A stretch of 64,000 nt of DNA from Fimbriosthenelais zetlandica. Its lineage: Eukaryota. The stretch spans positions 14,198,001 through 14,262,000 of the forward strand of contig OZ365112.1 in assembly GCA_977030845.1 (NCBI GenBank), in the 5' to 3' direction. Shown piece after piece: positions 46,875 through 54,861 of this stretch. The translations under genes and the position numbers were made by a program. Within the stretch, counting starts at the first letter, position 1; every line of letters begins with the position of its first letter. A model generated the notes under the pieces. That model was not told the origin of the DNA, did no database searches, and saw only the letters and a list, made by a program, of their open reading frames with translations.

Positions 46875-49800
46875 GTAAGGAGGAAATTATGGTTTATCTT
46901 CTACTGCTGTCCGTCTTGTCCATATTTACCCGTCACTGTGTCAAGCAGGAATCGGTAATTAAACCTGGTTATTCCCCTCAATAATTTGGCATCAATATGA
47001 GCCTGACAGAACTCCCTGACAGTGGAAGGTCCCTGATTACAGTCTTTATGCCTGCTACTCTCCCGGCCATGGCAGCTGTCTGTATTTTTATCTAAATGTG
47101 GAATTGTTTGCTACAATGAGCATACTATATAGTGAGTCGACTATCAACACGGCAAACGCCTTACCTATCCCACAACGATTTATATATACTCAGGACAACC
47201 TTTCAGAACGTCCGTGATTTATTTCATGAGCAGTTTACACCTTCTTTTATTCCTAAGGTTGTAAACAAAGATAGGGATCATAAAAGAGGAGAAAGACTCG
47301 ATTTATTGATGTTATGAGACAAGCTGGTGATATTTCGTTTGCTTGTGATGCTGAGAATGCTGCGTCTCTCCGCCGTATTGAGTACTCAGACCCTTTAGTT
47401 CCGCGTTTTCCCGTCAGTGTCGCATTGGCGTTAGTTCAGGCTTTTCCCACCGAGGGAGCCACTATCGCGCTGCAGCGTCCCATATAGAGTAAAACAAGCA
47501 GTTCCGTAACTGACTGGGGAGAGGGGAAAAATATTAATTCTCCGCAGAATTGTAAAAGAAAAAAGTATGTCTGCCTCTAAAGGTTTTATGTTTTGGTGGG
47601 ATTCAGCTGAGCGGGATTAGGCATGTCAGAGAGGAAGGGGGAAGTCAGGGCGTGGATTTGACCGTGTCAATCACAAGAGCAATGGGGTGGGAACGACCCC
47701 AGCCCTGCCTTGACATCGCAATCAGCGAAAATAATACCCCGATTCCAACTTCTCAAAAGGTCATTAGCCTTCTGTCTGCCTTTGCCAGTCGTGCCTGCTG
47801 CCCCTCATGAATATGCCAGGCAGATTTGCTGACTTTTTCCACCCTACAACCACTTATCGCCCTCAAACTAAAGCCCCAAAACCCAGACCCTCGGTTTTGA
47901 CCCTTGGATATGACATTTGTAATGCAAAGCCGACCCGGGTCCCCCGGAGAGGGCTAATCTAGCCCCGATACAGGAACCCCTCAACCCTGATTGAATTATG
48001 TAATCTGTCTGGCTCGAGGGGAGATAACATCTGTGACTTTTTGACCCTGACGTCATTTGCATTTGGGCGCGACGTTTGGGGAAATGACCCATCCCGCTAA
48101 TGCAATCGTTGTTCAGATATCCCAGAACGAATCGTTAGTGGTAGGAATTTTGAGGGGAGGTAAAGAGAGATAATTATGACTAAACTAAGTCCAAGTTAAA
48201 CACATGAATCATAGAGCTGGTCAAAAGGGACTTGCGTGAGAGCTGTTCAATACATCCCGCCTGATGCTCTGATGTCTGTCGACTAAAAAGAAAACGACCT
48301 TTGTCCACGAAAGAATTAACATAATTAAAACTTAAAATTCATGCACTTTAAATTTAGCGTTAACTAATAGACTTTTATGGTTTATATTTATAAGAAAGTT
48401 AATTTCTTGTCCATATAGACTGTTTGGAAATTGTGTACAAAAATGGGTTTAAATTAATTAGATTATATTGTGCAATTTAGGCATTTTTTTCATGTTCCTT
48501 CTTCAACAATAATAATTGAAAACATTTTCTAATACCAATGTGTATTTTGTGCAATTATAGGGACGCATTTTGACGACAATTATTGTGCATTCCCTGGTCA
48601 AGATATTTTTGTATTTGTTTTGTATATTCTTAACGTTTTCCTTGTGTTTTATTAATGGTTTTCGTTAATTTCTCAGAACCAAATAATCTCGTCAAAGGGA
48701 ATACTATATGGGAGGATAATGCTTAAGTATGACCCCCATTCTTAGCTTAGCTCTTATGTGGGGAGGGAGTACACCCTTATCAATCATCTATAGAACCGCT
48801 CAATATGCATAAATGCCACAAGTATAAGGAAGTTCTTTCTGAAATATCAAAATGTAAAATGATGGCTGTGTGGAAGAGGTAGAGGTAATCACTGAAGGTG
48901 CTATATAAGTATGGGGGAAGGGTGAGGGGTGGGCCACTGGTCGAGGGATATGGTCATTTATTTCACTCTGTCCCCCTGGACGAGGCTAAAGGTGTCCAGT
49001 CGGTCAGTTCCAGTGGTCACCGGGTCTTCCTACCCCCAGCTATTGTCCACTTTAAAACACGTGATCCATCAACTGGACACTTCTTCTGTCACATAAGGCC
49101 TTTTGAAAAATTAGATCCCCCGAGCGGGTGGAGTAGGAGGAGGAGGGGAGGTGGGTTGGGAATTGTTAGAAATAGCTTGGGGTGGATGAAAGTGGGGGAG
49201 GGAAGGGGGTTTAAAGCTGACACGCTTGATCAAATAAGACAGGGAAGGAGTGGGGCAGAGAGAGGGGTCAGCGCGCCCTCTGGCTGATGGATTCACAAAC
49301 AATGTGCTTCCCAGAGACTTCACTTTTTGTAATTGAGCGATAATAGGGGTTCTTTTCGCCTTCATCATTCTTGTATTGCGACAGTACTGGATCTCAATTT
49401 TATTTTGATCAGGCACTTTTTCTCCCCCATCCAAATCCCAGTTGTTTTGTTTGGGAAAAAAGAATGACTTAAAAAGGGAGAAGAGTTCAGCAGTCCCTAT
49501 AGGATGGATAAATGTCTCTCTTAGGCCTAGGCCTATATAGCCTATACTTGCCTTATTAATGTATATCTGGAGATATATGTGATCAATGGAAATGTTTTAA
49601 GCCCAGGGGAACTTTAATGAAAGGAAAAATTAGATACAATCTCTCCTTCGAAGTTGTAGAAAGTTAGAAATCAGTTAAGATATAGGAGGTTGCATGGGTG
49701 AAAGGGAAACCACTTGAGTAGGAGTTCATCGAGTTTTTTTTCTTCTGACAGACAAATTGGTCGGAACGAATTTCTCAAGTTGGAACAAAAATTCCCAAGT

Positions 49801-49984
49801 CTGTTTTCAATCAATAGATTTCACATGTGTCCTTCGTTCTCGAGGGTTGAAGACTTGAAGGATCGATATATGATTCTGTCACTCGAGTAAGGTTCAAAAT
49901 AAACAGGAATTTGCCTCTCTCTGGGCCTGCCTCTCGTCAACACTGCCTCCCTTTTGGCGCATGCGGCCCTCGGATCACGTAGAA

Positions 49985-49996
49985 AGGTCATGACCC
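49985..49996. promoter_or_regulatory. IR0 palindromic nuclear-receptor element (TREpal-like)
   Basis: AGGTCA-TGACCC, 4.3 kb upstream of the Hox4 ATG. Confidence 0.35.
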
Positions 49997-50959
49997 CTGG
50001 CCTAAGAATACAGGGAATGGGTAACCTCTAACTCCCAGCCCTGTAACCCCTCTCCGGGCCTTTAATTTATAGCTCCTTCCCTGTGGTAACATACCAAGAA
50101 AAATATACCACTGCTTCTGCAAGCATGTAGCTTAGTCTGGAGATGTTTAAAATGCAAACAAAGGTGAAACAAGCAATGCGAGCGTTCCATCTTGAATGTG
50201 TCTCCAACCCTTAGGCTTACTTATATATTCGGTAAAGCTGCATACTGAAAGGTGTTTAAAGAAAAATTAATTTATATTTTTTCTACATATCATCAAACAA
50301 TAGAAACATTTGTCGGATGATTATTTAAAGAGCTTTCGTTTCCCTGAGAATAAAAAATTACTCAAATGACCCGTGTCCTACTACCAGTGCCAAGAAAAGC
50401 ATGTCTTGTTCCAAGTTGATAAAAAGTAGGGAAGTTATCACTTTCTATTCAGTCGTTGGAACCTATCATTATACAGAGTTACTTTAACAGTATTTCATGC
50501 TATTAAAGTCTCGTCAACTGTTTTTTTGTGAGAGGTACTGACATACAAGTTGAAAACAGGTGTGACATTGGTACAAAAAGCTGTTTCTAATAACAGTTAT
50601 CGAATATTCTGGGGAAACCAAGGCTTAAAATGAAGTCCATGTAACCTCCAAAAAAGGAAATAATTGAAGACCCTGGCCAGTCAGTCTGTGAAAGGGATTG
50701 GTGGTTGTGGAGGGAGGGGGTATGGGGATTAAGGGGGTACCTCTACCTTCTGTCCAAGTCTCACGCTGCTAAAATTGAAGGGGTTTTGTTCGAGTGACCC
50801 CGCTCTTGTTTACACAAACTGCGATGAACTCGCTTTTAATTGTACCATGGAGCCAGTATCCAGTGGGTCAAAGTGGCAACATATAAAGGGAAACTTGGAA
50901 GGGACCAGAAAAGTTAGCGTGACTACATAGAACCCACTCTCTCTGTGCCTATCTCCATA

Positions 50960-51080
50960 GCCTGCCCGAAGGTCCCTTCTCGCGTGTTCAGTCCCACGAA
51001 ATCTCGCTTTAACTCTCGCGGGCCGCGCGGCGCCACGAGAAAACGACCATTTGGCTATCACAGCGCGCATGCGCAGAATA
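50960..51080. promoter_or_regulatory. Small CpG-dense patch with NRF1-type palindrome
   Basis: CGCGGGCCGCGCGGCGCC run and GCGCATGCGC at 51065-51074, 3.2 kb upstream of the Hox4 ATG. Confidence 0.38.
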
Positions 51081-54000
51081 TTGAACAGGGCATTTGGGGC
51101 TAACAGAGTTGTGATAGAGAGATTTGAGTGTTAACGAAATACGCCCTATATCTCAATCCAACCTCATAGATCCGATTTCATACATGCCAGAGTAATGTTG
51201 AGTTTTTTCTCTAGATATTACAAGTCACGAAGTAAATTTTAAAGGTCATTGAAGTGAAGCCAGGTTGCCATGAACTCTGGTATTTTTATGTGTTTTTATT
51301 GCTCTTGCTTAGGGCAACGTTTTGGCTCATTCCAACTGCACTATCACAGATGTTTACATTGATTGCTCTTTAAAATAATGTTAAATTATTTAGAAAACAC
51401 ACAACCCGTAATTTATTACTGGGCTATTGATTAATATTGTGTTTTCGTTTAAAACAAATTAAGTAAATACCTCGGACAATAAGCTGCCTTTTTAACCCAA
51501 AATAGGGTCTATACCCCTGACTAGATCTAAAGTTTTGTTTTCAAATAATATTTTGCAAACTGATCGTGTAAGGGGAATTTCGCATGATTGCAATTTAGAG
51601 CTGCTTTTTTTAAAATGTTAAGAAAACTGCCATCGCAATTATGTTGCGTATTGGTTACTAGTCTTTGTGTTGAATGATGTTAAAATTGAACCATGTGGGT
51701 GGTTTTTTAGTGTTTTTTATCACAAGGCCTGGGAGAGTGGGAACCATGTCATTTTATGTTAGATGGCAGTTCCTGACACCACACTGTATAAGGCCTCCCT
51801 CTTTATTTTACCCAATGCCAATGGGGAAGAAACCGTAGCTAGTGGTTTGCCAGAAGTTTTTTTTCCGTTAAGTCTAGCCAAAAAGTACTGATGCACAATG
51901 GCAAGCCTCGAGCCAAAACATCTTTGCTCAATTTTCTGTCAATAGGCTACAAATTCAGTGCAGTCAGCATTAAATTATATCCCATAATAATTAATGTAGG
52001 TGACCTTCATCCTTTATGAATCCATAAGGTCTTGAATGACAGTTCTTGCCAAACCTGTTTTAATGGTCTGTTTCTCTGACCGTACTTTTGTCAGAATGCT
52101 TTATTTGGATGGGGGTTTGTTTTCTAAAGCCTCATCACTAGGCTCCTAGTCGTGAAAAAGAGAAGACATTAGGCGTAAAGGTTTATAATTCCTTAGGTCA
52201 TTTCCAGCAAGCATTCTGTTGATTTTTTTTTAACTTAAGAGAAAGTTAAACCTGGTTTTCAAACTACTCCCAATGTCCCATCAAAATGGTCCTTTGGGCC
52301 ATTCAAAACGGAAAGGACATATCAACAAAAACAGTGCAGACTGTCTGGATTCAATTCCCTACCTTGGGAAGGCTTACATAAACATTCCGACTTTTCAAAA
52401 GTTAATGAGTCTCCCTTTTTTCAAGCCCTGGCGGCGATGCTGCCAAGTATTGTGCTGTTATTTTAGATTTATTACCTTAGCATAATGCCTCTCGCATGTC
52501 CCCCTACCCGGAACTGTCATTTCACGTTAGTTTTATGGGCTCGGAAATTCGAAGTCCCTGCATGAGCGGTTAGATAACACTGCCTTCGGTTTACAGATAA
52601 AACCGACCCACTCTACCATCTACCCATCCCCCGCCGCATCCCTAGATTATGCAACCTGTCCCTTTTACTCCCCCATAAATATACCAGCCCCCCTGGCGAT
52701 GACAAAAGGGTTATATTTAAAACCAGACAGAGATTTCCAATTAGCTTCCCAGCAAAAACGAAAGCTTGCCTAGCATAAAAATGAATAAAACATTTTCCTT
52801 CATACTCATCCTAACCCGAACGAATCTTCAGTATGTGTGATTTTTGGTTTTTCTCGGGTACTTGGCAAAAGAAGTATTTACTTTTGACAGATGGGTTTCT
52901 ATTTAGGAAGGGGTGTGGAAAGTTCGTTATGGGCCACGCGTATAGGGTGAGCAGGGGTAGACCGACTACCCCCATGATTTGGATGGGTGGGCGTGGCCTG
53001 GAGAATGCACCCCTGGTCCAAATGACCCTTGGTCAAGCCTAATCGATTGACCAACTCTAGCCCAAATTTAACATTGATTTATGAGAGGACAGTGGGAAGC
53101 CACTGCACTTATATGTCCCACATATCTCAGATGGGTTCTAAATCTATAAGATCTATAATTTGAAATAGTTTGCCAACTCTGCAGGATGTTGGTAGGTTGT
53201 GTGTGGTATGTGTGGGGTGTTCGGTCGCAGCATGGGTGTGTATAAGCCATGGGTAGTGGGTCTCTTACACACTACCGCGATCATCACTCACTCACTCTCC
53301 CACTCACTACATGCGTCATGTACAACTACCCTCCTCCCCTAGTGGCGGAAAATGGTAACTCACCAACCCTTGACGCACCCACCACACATTTGCATTCATT
53401 ATTCTTTACCACCACAATTCATTTCCTTTTCTTCTTTTCCTTTTTTAATCGCTTAATACATCTTTTTTTACACCCAACCCCTGGGATTCCAATCACTATG
53501 TTTCATTCTCACGATAACCTTACAACGATTTGCCTATGAATGACATTTACAGATCAGTTACTAACATTTAACTGACTTTTTTCTGACAAAGACAACAGCT
53601 GTATTTCAAACCATCATTCTGTGTCATCACCTTAACTGAAATACTAAACCTTCCTCAAATTTCCCACCTCCCCTATTGCATAACACTCTCCCCACTTATT
53701 CTTTCCTATCATTGAAGCAATCTGTTGTCAATAAATCAAACGCCTCTCCCCTTTCTACATACTTTCAAGTACAAAGTTTCCCTGTCGTGGGACGTTCTAA
53801 ACTTGTGCGTGTCTATGTTCCTGCTTTTTTGTCCCTTTTCCCTTGTCACGAGCGCACTCACTGGTGTGTGTGACTTTCGCTGGGGCCCCTGAACATGAAT
53901 AAGTAATTTCTCGGAGCTGCGTTCATCCTCTTTAAGCGCGGTGAATATGTTGGCGGGCCAGAACGCAAGCGGATCGTCGACCCAAAGCACGATTAGATCG

Positions 54001-54133
54001 TCATTAAAGCCAATCTCAGAGGGGTCTGCCTTCAGTTCAATAGAGAAGAGAGGGAGAGTACAGTACTCCCCCTTTCTCTCTCTCCCCGTCACTCTCTCCC
54101 CACTCCTCCACCACTCCGCCTGCCTTCTCCCAA

Positions 54134-54222
54134 CTGTCAAACGAACGTCAAGGTCGGAGGTTACCCAGCTCGACGCTGATTGGCTGAGGCGGACCATGTG
54201 ATATGTAAATGACTACATATAG
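54134..54222 (+). promoter_or_regulatory. Hox4 proximal promoter module: Meis-type CTGTCA, DR1-like AGGTCG-G-AGGTTA, inverted CCAAT, E-box CATGTG, AT-rich TAAAT/CATATA element
   Basis: CTGTCA 54134-54139; AGGTCGGAGGTTA 54151-54163; ATTGG 54179-54183; CATGTG 54195-54200. All lie within 160 bp of the ATG. A second CCAAT is at 54010-54014. Confidence 0.6.
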
Positions 54223-54293
54223 GGAGGGGACTATTCGACTCAAAGACGACAAGTAGAGAGAAAAATTATTTCCACCCAATTCAGGCAAAATTA

Positions 54294-54861
54294 ATGACCA
54301 TGAGTTCGTTTTTGATGAACTCAGGGCCCTATGTGGAGCCGAAATTCCCTCCGAATGAGGAATATTCGCACAATAACTATATCCCAAGTAGTCAGGCCGA
54401 GGAATTCTATCGTCGGACGGCGCAAAATTACGGATACGGGGCGTCAGGAGCGCCGGAACCGAGGCGCTACGGTCAGGAGAGGTTTCCGGGCAATCCTGGC
54501 TATGGTTGTCCTACCTCCAATGGTCTATCTCTAAACGCTGGAGAGGCGCTAAACGCCATCAATACACAAGGACATGGTCTAAACCAACTCTCTCCTCATG
54601 GAAGGGATAACGATGGAGTATCTCCAATACAGAATACGAACTGTCAGCCAAATAATACTTCTACACCCCCTACCAATATGGCACAGTGTAACCAACAGAC
54701 CAACCCCCTCACCCATACCAACCACCATCCGGCCAACTTGACCAACAACAACGTCAACAACGTGAATAACAGCCTAAACAACAATGACACATCACCGACA
54801 TCTAATGGTACACCTCCAGTCATCTACCCCTGGATGAAGAGGGTTCATATAGGATCATCCA
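54294..54861 (+). CDS. Hox4: Hox4/Deformed, coding exon 1 (N-terminus, Asn-rich low-complexity stretch, YPWM hexapeptide)
   Basis: Translates MTMSSFLMNSGPYVEPKFPPNEEY..., the paralogue-group-4 N-terminal signature. YPWM is at 54825-54836. The exon ends at a GTAAGT donor (54862-54867) in phase 1 (568 nt = 189 codons + 1). Confidence 0.97.

Noticed and set aside
46706-51435. TGATTAAT Dfd/Exd-type autoregulatory sites at 46706 and 51428
   Set aside because: Several copies are expected by chance in AT-rich DNA, with no supporting cluster.
53736-54197. 153-aa antisense ORF across the Hox4 promoter
   Set aside because: Its ATG is simply the reverse of the E-box CAT, and the ORF runs through GA/CT repeats with no homology I recognise.
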